Assembly (NCBI GenBank): GCA_030606485.1
Contig: JAUWGH010000007.1
Span: 120,001 to 152,000 of the forward strand
Length of the DNA stretch: 32,000 nucleotides
Direction of reading: 5' to 3'
Source: Promethearchaeota archaeon
GTDB taxonomy: Archaea; Asgardarchaeota; Lokiarchaeia; Sigyniarchaeales; SOKP01
Of the stretch, positions 8,598 to 17,323 are shown piece by piece (position 1 is the stretch's first letter; every line of letters starts with the position of its first letter). A model generated the notes under the pieces. That model saw only the letters and a program-made list of their open reading frames with translations. It was not told the origin of the DNA and searched no databases. A program made the translations under genes and the position numbers.

Positions 8598-8877
8598 TAA
8601 TTTTATATGTTTCAACCTCAACAAAATACCTAATTCATTCAATTTGATTTTCAATTAATAAAATTTAATATTTATTTCTCTCTCGTTTTTTTAATAAAAT
8701 AAAATTAAAAATATAATTTTCTCTCCTTCAAATTGCGAATTAATTACTTATTTCATAGTATTTTGTTTAAACATTAAAAAATGATTAATTTAAAATAGTT
8801 TTAATATCTTAAATATGATTTTTGTTATCATTAATGTTTTAAATTAGATTTTCATTAATATTTTAACTAAATTTATT

Positions 8878-10653
8878 ATGCAGAATATGACTGAAAATAC
8901 AAAAACAGTAAAAGTAATACATGATTCTCAGAGGAAAGTTCTAGAAATTATATCCTTATTACGAGTGATGAATAATTACTATGGGAAAAAGAAGGATATT
9001 CAAAAGAAAATGAAACCAATTGTTTTAAAAAGATTTAAAAAGAGTATAAAAGAATTAGAAGAAAATTCCGATTGGTTATTTTCTGTTCCGAGCACACTGG
9101 ACTCTTTAAATTTAGAATTTATGAAAAAAAATGATGCTTTTCGATTTCCCGATGCAATACATTTATTTGAGGCATGGATGAATCTTGGGATGGATGCTGT
9201 TTTTCCACGAGTTGCATTTAACTTTGATTTTCCAGGTGTATTACCAAATGAAAAAAAAAGGTCTGTATTTCAGTTTATTTATAATTTTTCTCGTGGATTT
9301 GGTTTTCCAATCATTTTTAATCCCACATTTTATGAACATGATATTGGTTTATTGAGATTTCTTAATCCATTATTAAAATGGGGCTATACTGTTTTTCACA
9401 AAGTAAATCAAGCGAATTCTCTTGTTGAAAGACGTTTTAATTTAAATAGACATCATCCTGGAGAATTTGAATTTGTTATAATTTCAGAATTTAAAGATGG
9501 ATTTAAAGGAGTTGACACACTTTTACATGGATATAAAATAAAAAAACCAAAATTAATCGGAAATTATGATAATTTAAATCAAGCCTTAGAAGATATTGTA
9601 TTTTCTTATTCAATAGGAGATCATGCAATGAGTATTTTGAAATATAAAGGGCAAAGATTTAAGGAAATCCCCCTTATCGATAATCATTTTATTAAAAAAA
9701 AATATGATATTGATTTTTACTCTTATATTAAAAAATTAATCTCGACTAATAACGCTATTACTCAAAGAATTAAAGAATTAAGAAAGGAAATCACACAAAA
9801 ATTAAAGGAATTTTCACTTATTGATAAAATAAGATTTAGATTAAGGAAAGGTAAAGTTATTCCTTTATCTAAAGACTTACAAAAAGTTAAAGATATTGAG
9901 TTTAAAAAAAATATCTTAGATAAAATTAGACAAAAATTATGGACTACTCCATTATATACTCATACAGTTCATTCACCTAAACAATATAAGCTCAGTTATA
10001 CTCAAGAGGAAAATGATTTAGATGAATTAGGACAAGAAGAATCTGATTCAATCTTGTTAAAATTAGTAAGGAAATATGGAAAAAAATATAAAATCGAGTT
10101 CAATGAAGAAAAAATCATCAAAAAGCTTGAGGAATTAAGAGATGATATGGCAAAGATGTGGTTATATTTTAAAGAAAGACATCTTAATTATGCAAAAAGA
10201 AAAATGATGAAAATTACTACAATGTCTGTTAATGATCCTAATTATAGAGAAAAAATATTAAAATTAGTAGATGAATTGATACCAATTATAACAATTCATG
10301 AGATTTTTATACGACCTTTATCAGATTCTGTTTATCCAGAATCTATACCACAAACTCAAAAAATGTGGTCTTATCTCGCAACATTCTTAAGTTCTAAGTA
10401 TAATCCAATGGGTGTTAGCTTAATTAAAACCTTCAATCGAATAGCATACCATAGATGGGCTTATTTTTTCAAAAAGAAAAATATAAAATTTAATCATTAT
10501 TTCGATTATTTTATAAAATTACCAATTTGGGAAAATATCCCAGATGAAATTATGAATTGTTTTAAATCTTATCCAAATGAAAAGATTATTTTCGTCAAAA
10601 ACCCAAAACAATCAATAAGAAATAGAGTTTCCAAATTAAAAGAGAAATTTTAA
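8878..10653 (+). CDS. Hypothetical protein, 591 aa, largely helical
   Basis: Long ORF with genome-typical codon usage; no motif recognised. Confidence 0.85.
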   Translation: MQNMTENTKTVKVIHDSQRKVLEIISLLRVMNNYYGKKKDIQKKMKPIVLKRFKKSIKELEENSDWLFSVPSTLDSLNLEFMKKNDAFRFPDAIHLFEAWMNLGMDAVFPRVAFNFDFPGVLPNEKKRSVFQFIYNFSRGFGFPIIFNPTFYEHDIGLLRFLNPLLKWGYTVFHKVNQANSLVERRFNLNRHHPGEFEFVIISEFKDGFKGVDTLLHGYKIKKPKLIGNYDNLNQALEDIVFSYSIGDHAMSILKYKGQRFKEIPLIDNHFIKKKYDIDFYSYIKKLISTNNAITQRIKELRKEITQKLKEFSLIDKIRFRLRKGKVIPLSKDLQKVKDIEFKKNILDKIRQKLWTTPLYTHTVHSPKQYKLSYTQEENDLDELGQEESDSILLKLVRKYGKKYKIEFNEEKIIKKLEELRDDMAKMWLYFKERHLNYAKRKMMKITTMSVNDPNYREKILKLVDELIPIITIHEIFIRPLSDSVYPESIPQTQKMWSYLATFLSSKYNPMGVSLIKTFNRIAYHRWAYFFKKKNIKFNHYFDYFIKLPIWENIPDEIMNCFKSYPNEKIIFVKNPKQSIRNRVSKLKEKF

Positions 10654-10657
10654 AAGA

Positions 10658-11389
10658 TTACCACTCTAGGAATCCTGGGTCATCAAAAACCTCTTCAAGC
10701 GTTTTATCTTTTGCTAATTTTTCTTCTACTTCTATTTCTTCCTCAAGATCAACGCCAATATCTTCTTGTTTTATTTTTTCACGTAATTCTCTTTCTAATA
10801 ATTTATAGTTTGCTGCTTCATCTCTCCATTTATTAGATTCTTCTAGTAATTCTTCTTCTCCTGTTGAAATATATTCTTTAGATAATTCTGAGGCTTTCAT
10901 TTTTGTAATATCTGATAGAAGCGAATAAGTTAAAGCTAATTCACTCCAATTTTTCTCTTTTTCATGTTCTTTTATATTTCCTTTTAAACGATGATATTCT
11001 TGATCTTTAAAATATAAATCAATAAATGACCCATAAAAATCTACAGCAGCTTCAATAGAACGGGCTAAAACCTCTTTTTGTAATCCGCAAGTTCCACATT
11101 TAACTTCAACCAAATTGACAATTTTATCCTTTAATTCTGTTTTTTTTAATTTTCCGCCACAAATAGAGCAGTTTTTTACATTTTCTCCGTTTATATCATA
11201 TAAATCATTTGCTGAGCGTAAATTTGCATCCCATTCTAGCCCACAATCAATACATTTTATAGAATATGCAATTAATTTGATCTTCTTCTCTATTTTAACT
11301 GATTTAGCCCCGCACTCAGGACATGTAAAAATTTTAGGAAGTTTTTTTATTTTCCGGTAAACTTTTTTCCTTTTCTTCCTTCGACCCAT
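10658..11389 (-). CDS. elf1: Transcription elongation factor Elf1-like protein with duplicated Zn-ribbon core and long C-terminal extension
   Basis: MGRRKKRKK...KLPKIFTCPECG start and CGTCGL...AVDFYGSFIDLY end of core are Elf1 signatures. It has four CxxC motifs and is 243 aa. Confidence 0.85.
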   Translation of the reverse strand: MGRRKKRKKVYRKIKKLPKIFTCPECGAKSVKIEKKIKLIAYSIKCIDCGLEWDANLRSANDLYDINGENVKNCSICGGKLKKTELKDKIVNLVEVKCGTCGLQKEVLARSIEAAVDFYGSFIDLYFKDQEYHRLKGNIKEHEKEKNWSELALTYSLLSDITKMKASELSKEYISTGEEELLEESNKWRDEAANYKLLERELREKIKQEDIGVDLEEEIEVEEKLAKDKTLEEVFDDPGFLEW

Positions 11390-11607
11390 AAAATTTCCCG
11401 TCTTTGTAATATTTGTTATTTTTCTTTTAATTTTTAATAATTTTTAAGAGTAAAAAATTTTTCTCTTTTTAATTTACCCATTTCCCTTAAAACAGAAAAA
11501 TTTTTATGTTATGGTATAATAATTTTATTATCTCTTTTTAATTATCTTATTGGAATAGATTACATTGATTAGATCATATTATTTAATACCATATAGATTA
11601 AAGTAGG
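11390..11607. promoter_or_regulatory. Divergent promoter region between elf1 and the 8-gene cluster
   Basis: 218-bp AT-rich gap between oppositely oriented starts; individual TATA boxes cannot be assigned. Confidence 0.45.
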
Positions 11608-12714
11608 TTGGAAGAAATGGAACAGCATAAGCAATTATCCATTGAAGTAGATAAAAATCTTATTAATAAAGTGTTTGAAAATGTAGAGATGCGCTATATT
11701 CTATTATATCTTTACATACTTCGAAATGATATGTTAAAAAATTTATCAGATGAATCTTGGCTCAATTCATTTAAACGATTAATGAATTTGGATGAAATTC
11801 TCAAAAGCGATTTGGAATTATATTCAAATAAAGAATTGACCGAAATTTTAATAGATTTAAGAATAATTAAAAATTTAAGATCTTTGAAAGAACTTGAAAA
11901 GAAAGAAGATGATTTTTTAATTAAAATTTTGGAACCAATAAGAATTGAAGAGAATAAAATAATTGTTCCAGAAAATACATTATTTCCAATTATCTCAAAA
12001 AACTTTACATTTTTAACAAAACGAAATTTTCACTATGCCATCTCAAGGTTAAAGGGTATTATGTGCGAAAATAGTGATGTAATTCATCCTTTTCTATTTG
12101 AAATTGGTAAGGAAAATTATTTATTAGCAGACGATCTGTATGAAATTTTAGATGATTTAGGAAATCCATATCAAACGATAAAGGTCGAAACCACAATTAG
12201 TGAATTTTATAACAGATTTAAAGAATTATTAGAAAAAGTCTCCAGTTTCATAGAACTATATGATCCTTTATTAAATAAAAAATCACATATCAGAATTATC
12301 AAAAAGGCAATAGACAATAATAAAGTCATTCTTGAATATATGCAAGAAAACGTAAAAAAATTGCCTGCTAAATTTGATCTGGAGGAAGTTACAGATAAAG
12401 AAAATGAAATTTTTAAAAAATGGCATTTAATACTTATAAATTTACTTAAAAAACGGAATAGATTAAATGAAATTGATGAAGAATTAAGTAAAATTAAAAA
12501 TTACTATTCTGGAAAGGGAAAAAAATATACCTATTTAGAATTTATTACTAAAATATCATACAATGAAGATAATATCTTAAACCAAATTAAAGATAAATTA
12601 ATAATATTAAGAGAAGAATTAGTAAATATCAAAAAAGAAGTATCTAAATTTGAAAAAAATGAAATAAAGCTGCTTAATTTAGATTATGAACGATATAGAA
12701 TTATAAATGAGTAA
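11608..12714 (+). CDS. Hypothetical protein with central winged-helix-like segment and C-terminal coiled coil
   Basis: ENTLFPIISKNF-LTKRNFHYAISRL...FLFEIGKENYLLA gives a helix-helix-wing pattern, followed by heptads. The start could be ATG 11617. Confidence 0.75.
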   Translation: MEEMEQHKQLSIEVDKNLINKVFENVEMRYILLYLYILRNDMLKNLSDESWLNSFKRLMNLDEILKSDLELYSNKELTEILIDLRIIKNLRSLKELEKKEDDFLIKILEPIRIEENKIIVPENTLFPIISKNFTFLTKRNFHYAISRLKGIMCENSDVIHPFLFEIGKENYLLADDLYEILDDLGNPYQTIKVETTISEFYNRFKELLEKVSSFIELYDPLLNKKSHIRIIKKAIDNNKVILEYMQENVKKLPAKFDLEEVTDKENEIFKKWHLILINLLKKRNRLNEIDEELSKIKNYYSGKGKKYTYLEFITKISYNEDNILNQIKDKLIILREELVNIKKEVSKFEKNEIKLLNLDYERYRIINE

Positions 12715-12730
12715 ATAAGAAAGGTGCTCG

Positions 12731-13702
12731 ATTATTAAATGCCCTGTTTGTAACGTTGAGATGGAACAACTCGTTCAAGAAATATTTCAATGTCCAAAGT
12801 GTAAAAAAATAATTAAAGGACGGATTAAAGAAATTGAAAAAAAGAAAGAAGTTGCTATTGGAAAAATTCAAGAGGGAGATTATTTTCATAACAATGCTAG
12901 TTTAAATAAGAAATATGAAATTTGTGAAAAAGGAATTACCATTTCTAAATCCCCAAATAGGTGGGTGGCAGCATTACTCTGTCATAGCTCCTATTTAAGC
13001 AGTTCTAAATATATTAGACTTAGTTGGTGGAAAAAAGAAATAAATACGCATGCAGGCTTTTTCAAAATAACTGAATCTGCAGTATTGAATAATTTAATCA
13101 AAACCTTAGAAAAAATAAATTATTCATTTGACGAATATTGGGGTAATTTTAAAGGATTTGAAAAAAAAAAAAAAGAAACAAAAGAAAAAGCAATTCAAAA
13201 TAAACGCTTAAAAATTCTAAAATATAGAATTCTCGAAAAAAAAATTTGCCCGAATTGTAATAAAAAATTAAAATTTACCAAAAGAAAAACACATTATGAA
13301 TGTGAACATTGTGGTGAGATCATCATCTTGGAATCTCATAATGAACCAATTTTTAATATTGATCCTAAAGATCTCCCATTAGAATTCTCCACAAATTTTC
13401 CTATCAACTTTTACCTCCCCATAGCTGGCATCACTATTAAATGGTTAATGGGAGAATGGAAATCTGTTGTTGTAATATATTCAAATGACAATCCCAATAG
13501 GAAATGGCTAAGATTTTATTCTTGGGAAAGAAATTTACAACAACTATTAAAATACGGATATTATGAAGCTGGTGATGGAGGACAACTATCTTGGACTACA
13601 AAAAAAGGAACAGGCTCACCAAATATTAACGATAAATCAGAAGTCCCTATTTTAATTGATGCTTTAAAAAAATTACAAAAAGAAATAGGTTGGGCTAAAT
13701 AA
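12731..13702 (+). CDS. Tandem (Zn-ribbon + PC4-like) repeat protein; probable ATT start (track start 12761)
   Basis: In-frame upstream IIKCPVCNVE completes the first Zn ribbon with CPKC. The second ribbon is CPNC...CEHC. Two internally similar GITI...W...K.(I/L)R...W...LI.(T/A)L domains follow the ribbons. Confidence 0.75.
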   Translation: MIKCPVCNVEMEQLVQEIFQCPKCKKIIKGRIKEIEKKKEVAIGKIQEGDYFHNNASLNKKYEICEKGITISKSPNRWVAALLCHSSYLSSSKYIRLSWWKKEINTHAGFFKITESAVLNNLIKTLEKINYSFDEYWGNFKGFEKKKKETKEKAIQNKRLKILKYRILEKKICPNCNKKLKFTKRKTHYECEHCGEIIILESHNEPIFNIDPKDLPLEFSTNFPINFYLPIAGITIKWLMGEWKSVVVIYSNDNPNRKWLRFYSWERNLQQLLKYGYYEAGDGGQLSWTTKKGTGSPNINDKSEVPILIDALKKLQKEIGWAK

Positions 13703-13740
13703 GATAAAATTTTATGCAAAAGATTAAGGTGATTAAATAA

Positions 13741-14883
13741 ATGAGTGGGATCGATAATCTTGAATGGGAAAAATTACTTACTGAATTCTCTAAAAATGTT
13801 GATAGATCTATTAAGAAACTAGAAGAAAGAGATATTGATAATATTCCTGGTGCTAAGCAAGCCTTGATCGAACGATTGAAAGTAATGAGAGATTATTTTC
13901 CACAAAATAATGGAGATCTCTTTATAAAATTAATTAATGAGAAAATTCAAAATGCTTTTTTCCCAAAAACTAAAGATCTGGCTGAAGCATTTGAGCTTAT
14001 CATAAAATCTCGCTCTCATGATCAAGATTTTATAATAAATGAATTAATTAACGGTTTTATATCATCAAGAAGTAAAACAATCGCTTTAAATGTTCAAGGA
14101 ACTATTATTGATAGATTGGTTGAGGCGTTTAGTAAAGGTCCCGATTTTCAAATTGTAGATCATCAATTTTACGCAATGTTTTCTGATCCGAATAAAGCAC
14201 GTAAATATGTAAAAGAGAGTTTGCAAGATCTTGTGGATTTATTCGGTTTAGAAGCAAAAGAATTAATTGTTGAAAAAGATAAAAGGAAAAGCGAGCGAAA
14301 AGTTTATACTTTTTACACGTTTCCCGAAAAAATATTAGAAATCTTAGAAGGTGAATATGTTGATACTGATGAAGTACTCGGAGAAAAAAGGGTTTCAGAA
14401 AAATTCGATAAAACAGTTTTCATATCTTTGTTTTTAGCCAATATCTCAGTTCACAGAGATAATTTAAAGAAAATAGGTGGGGTCTATACTGTAAACGGCA
14501 TCTGTAACATATTTAGTTTGATTTTTTTGATCTCACTTTTGCCCAAAGTGGATGTAATTGAGACCCATCCAATTCTTAGAGACCCTTCATACGATTCCGA
14601 TAGGATGAGCGTTATTCCCAAATCTTGGATGATGAAAGAGGTGTTGTTAGACTTATTGGAGCCGCTCATGAAGATTTTCGCCTATCGATTGGGTGGTGGA
14701 GAGTGGTTGAAATCAATTGACACAACAGAAGCTAGAAGAAAGATCCACAACCAAACTCGCTTTCTATTGAAGGATATAAACCGCTGGATTCTCGGGGAGT
14801 TGTGTCGTGTCGAAATTGATATATTCGTGAGTATAGGCTCAATATTCGCCGAAGTAATAGTAGATACTTCCAGTGAAGATTAA
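13741..14883 (+). CDS. Hypothetical protein, central region possibly MAGE/kite-like
   Basis: ATG after SD AAGGTGA. ESLQDLVDLFGLEAKEL and KTVFISLFLANI resemble MAGE/Nse3 WH-A and WH-B segments (inference). Confidence 0.75.
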   Translation: MSGIDNLEWEKLLTEFSKNVDRSIKKLEERDIDNIPGAKQALIERLKVMRDYFPQNNGDLFIKLINEKIQNAFFPKTKDLAEAFELIIKSRSHDQDFIINELINGFISSRSKTIALNVQGTIIDRLVEAFSKGPDFQIVDHQFYAMFSDPNKARKYVKESLQDLVDLFGLEAKELIVEKDKRKSERKVYTFYTFPEKILEILEGEYVDTDEVLGEKRVSEKFDKTVFISLFLANISVHRDNLKKIGGVYTVNGICNIFSLIFLISLLPKVDVIETHPILRDPSYDSDRMSVIPKSWMMKEVLLDLLEPLMKIFAYRLGGGEWLKSIDTTEARRKIHNQTRFLLKDINRWILGELCRVEIDIFVSIGSIFAEVIVDTSSED

Positions 14884-14908
14884 ATTAAGAATTTAGAGGA
14901 AGATTTTT

Positions 14909-16165
14909 ATGGTTAGAGAAAAATGGACAGACATTTTAGCAAGATACTTAACATATTTAAGTCATCTGATTCCAATCCTCAAAGAAACAAAAAAAACCGT
15001 CCAAGATATGAGTTTGGAAGTGATGATGACCGTAAAAATTTTTGATAAGATTAAAATGGAAGAAGAAAAAAGATTAGTGAAGAAAGTGAGGGCTTTATCC
15101 GAATTCTCGGCATATTATAGAGGAGAAATATTTGAATATATCAAAAATTTTATCTACAAATATTCTGAGGATTTAGAATCTATAGATATTAAAGATTATC
15201 TAATTGAATTTTTTGATGAATGCATAAATGCTTTAGAAATATTAACGAATATTACAAATCCCGATCAAGAAAAGTTAGATTCCACATATTTATATCTTCT
15301 TTACAAATATTTAGAAGATCGATTATTACCCATTGGTAAAAATTTTCAAGAAATCTATACAAAGTTGATTAAGACATCAGAAAATTGGTATGAATGTCAT
15401 AGGTATATGATGATCCCTCAGACATATTATCGAGAAACTGTGGATAACCCTGATTTTTTCGAAATTCCTGGTATTTCTCCAAAGTTATACCAAATAATTA
15501 ATAATATAACCTCTTTATACAACTTGGATCCTAATTATTATCCTTGTCCTGAAGATTCTAACAAAGAAATTCCAGTAGTCTTGATTAATGATGTTTTTGA
15601 AGCATTTATTGATAATATTGCTCATGAAGAGCAAGAAGCAATTGAAAAAATTTGTGAACGCTTAGGATTAAGAGTTCTAGATGGGATTTTTCTTGCTCCC
15701 AAGTATGATTTTATAGATGTGTTAATTAAACATGATTTCATAAGAGAGAATAAACAATCTGATGGCAAGATTAGGTTGATACCTCAATTCAGTAATGAGA
15801 CTCTAATTTTAAGTTATCTTACCTTCGTTTCTTTCCGTCGAGGTTTTTTATCTAAAGAATTAATTAATTGGATTTCTATGACATTTGCATTTATTATTTT
15901 TTCAACTATTTTAAAATCTCAATTAAGTGATCATAATATTTTCTACCCGATTTTTACTAGTTTAAAAACTCAAGAAAAAGTAATACCTTATATGATGAAA
16001 CTTCTATGCTTTAATAATTATTTAAAATTAGATAGGATGAAAATCCGGGATTCTGTCCAATACAGAAAAGAGATTTTTAATTTTGCAGGTTCTAGCATAG
16101 ATTGTATTAAACAACTAATTTTAGATTTAAGTGAATATTTAAATGAAATAATAAAAAAAAAATAA
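14909..16165 (+). CDS. Hypothetical helical protein, 418 aa
   Basis: ATG after SD GAGG; possible WH segment DFIDVLIKHDFIRENKQSDGKIRLIP. Confidence 0.8.
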   Translation: MVREKWTDILARYLTYLSHLIPILKETKKTVQDMSLEVMMTVKIFDKIKMEEEKRLVKKVRALSEFSAYYRGEIFEYIKNFIYKYSEDLESIDIKDYLIEFFDECINALEILTNITNPDQEKLDSTYLYLLYKYLEDRLLPIGKNFQEIYTKLIKTSENWYECHRYMMIPQTYYRETVDNPDFFEIPGISPKLYQIINNITSLYNLDPNYYPCPEDSNKEIPVVLINDVFEAFIDNIAHEEQEAIEKICERLGLRVLDGIFLAPKYDFIDVLIKHDFIRENKQSDGKIRLIPQFSNETLILSYLTFVSFRRGFLSKELINWISMTFAFIIFSTILKSQLSDHNIFYPIFTSLKTQEKVIPYMMKLLCFNNYLKLDRMKIRDSVQYRKEIFNFAGSSIDCIKQLILDLSEYLNEIIKKK

Positions 16166-16184
16166 AGAAGGGGTGTAAGAAAAA

Positions 16185-17261
16185 ATTACATATTCAGATG
16201 ATGAAATTAAAGAAAGGCTTGACAAGTATGGAACGGTTTATTTACCAAATGAAATATTAGAGAATGTTGATGATATATTGGGAAATGAGGTTCTAAAGGA
16301 AAGGCTTGAAGATTTTTTCAGTTCGCTAAAAAGATATAGTGAAGTTGTTGAAAAATTGAAAAAGACGAAATTAGTTCCAAATTTAACTGTCCTCCTATAT
16401 GGGCCACCTGGAACTGGAAAAACTTCATTAACTCGAGCATTTGCAAAGGAATTTGATATCCCATTGTGTGTAGTGGAGTCTGACAGATTAGTTTCTGCAC
16501 TATTAGGTGATACCGTTAAAAATATTAGAAAAGTAGTGGAATTATCAGCTCAGATTGCGGAAGAAAATGGAGCTTTTATATTATTTTTTGATGAAATTGA
16601 CGCGATTGCATCCGAAAGATCGAATATTCACGAAGTAGGCGAAATTAAAAGAGCTGTAATATCTTTCTTACAAATAATTGATAAAATAAATTACTTTGGA
16701 ACACCATTAGCAATTATAGGTGCTACTAACCATCAAGACCAATTAGATTCTGCAATATGGAGAAGATTCACTTTTCATTTGAAATTTGATTTTCCTTCAT
16801 TTCATCTCAGGAAAAAAATAATTGAGTCCTTTATTAATAAAATTAGTAGCGCAAAAATTGGAGTAGATGATGTAATTCTTGGTAGTTTAAACAAAGAGTA
16901 TGAGTTATTAAAAACTAAGGAAGAAAAATTAAAATCTTTAATGAGTAAAGAGAAATCCATACTAGATTCGAATGCATTATGGGATGACAAAAAAATTATC
17001 GAAAATAGAGGAATTTTATTTTCAACGCGTGGATACACAGGTGCAGATTTAGAGCGTGGAGTGAGAGTTGCTCTGTTTAAAGCATTAAAATCTGACATTT
17101 TAACTTATGAAAATTTCGTCCATTCCTTAGAATTAGTAGGAGGTACTAGAATCCATGTTGAACAACAATATTTTTTGAGTGCTTCTGAAAGAAAATATTC
17201 CGGGGATAAAAAAATATTAAGAATAAACCGTAATAATCTTGAAGGTCCTCGTGAAATTTAA
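16185..17261 (+). CDS. Single-domain AAA+ ATPase (classical AAA clade); probable ATT start (track start 16278)
   Basis: Walker A GPPGTGKT, Walker B ILFFDEID, SRH IIGATNHQDQLDSAIWRRF, YTGADLE. The N-linker ENVDDILG lies partly upstream of the track start. SD AGGGGTG is 9 nt before ATT 16185. Confidence 0.93.
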   Translation: MTYSDDEIKERLDKYGTVYLPNEILENVDDILGNEVLKERLEDFFSSLKRYSEVVEKLKKTKLVPNLTVLLYGPPGTGKTSLTRAFAKEFDIPLCVVESDRLVSALLGDTVKNIRKVVELSAQIAEENGAFILFFDEIDAIASERSNIHEVGEIKRAVISFLQIIDKINYFGTPLAIIGATNHQDQLDSAIWRRFTFHLKFDFPSFHLRKKIIESFINKISSAKIGVDDVILGSLNKEYELLKTKEEKLKSLMSKEKSILDSNALWDDKKIIENRGILFSTRGYTGADLERGVRVALFKALKSDILTYENFVHSLELVGGTRIHVEQQYFLSASERKYSGDKKILRINRNNLEGPREI

Positions 17262-17323
17262 TAATTAATATATCCAAAAATTTCCTGTTGATTATATAAA
17301 AATAATAATTAAAAAATCGAACG

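Noticed and set aside
10658-10700. Elf1 acidic tail ending in Trp as an Arp2/3-binding A motif
   Set aside because: Superficial resemblance only; the protein is a transcription factor homologue with no actin-binding elements.
14629-14635. Box C-like ATGATGA in the GC-rich tract (possible C/D sRNA)
   Set aside because: No CTGA box D at a suitable distance; the motif is explained by Met-Met-Lys codons.
14540-14883. DGR variable region as the cause of the GC-rich 3' tract
   Set aside because: Changes look like both A>G and T>C at third positions rather than A>N at codon positions 1-2; no template repeat or reverse transcriptase in the window.
16185-17261. Calling the AAA ATPase Cdc48, Vps4 or PAN
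   Set aside because: Single AAA module with no N, MIT or coiled-coil/OB domain and no HbYX-like tail; no ESCRT genes adjacent.
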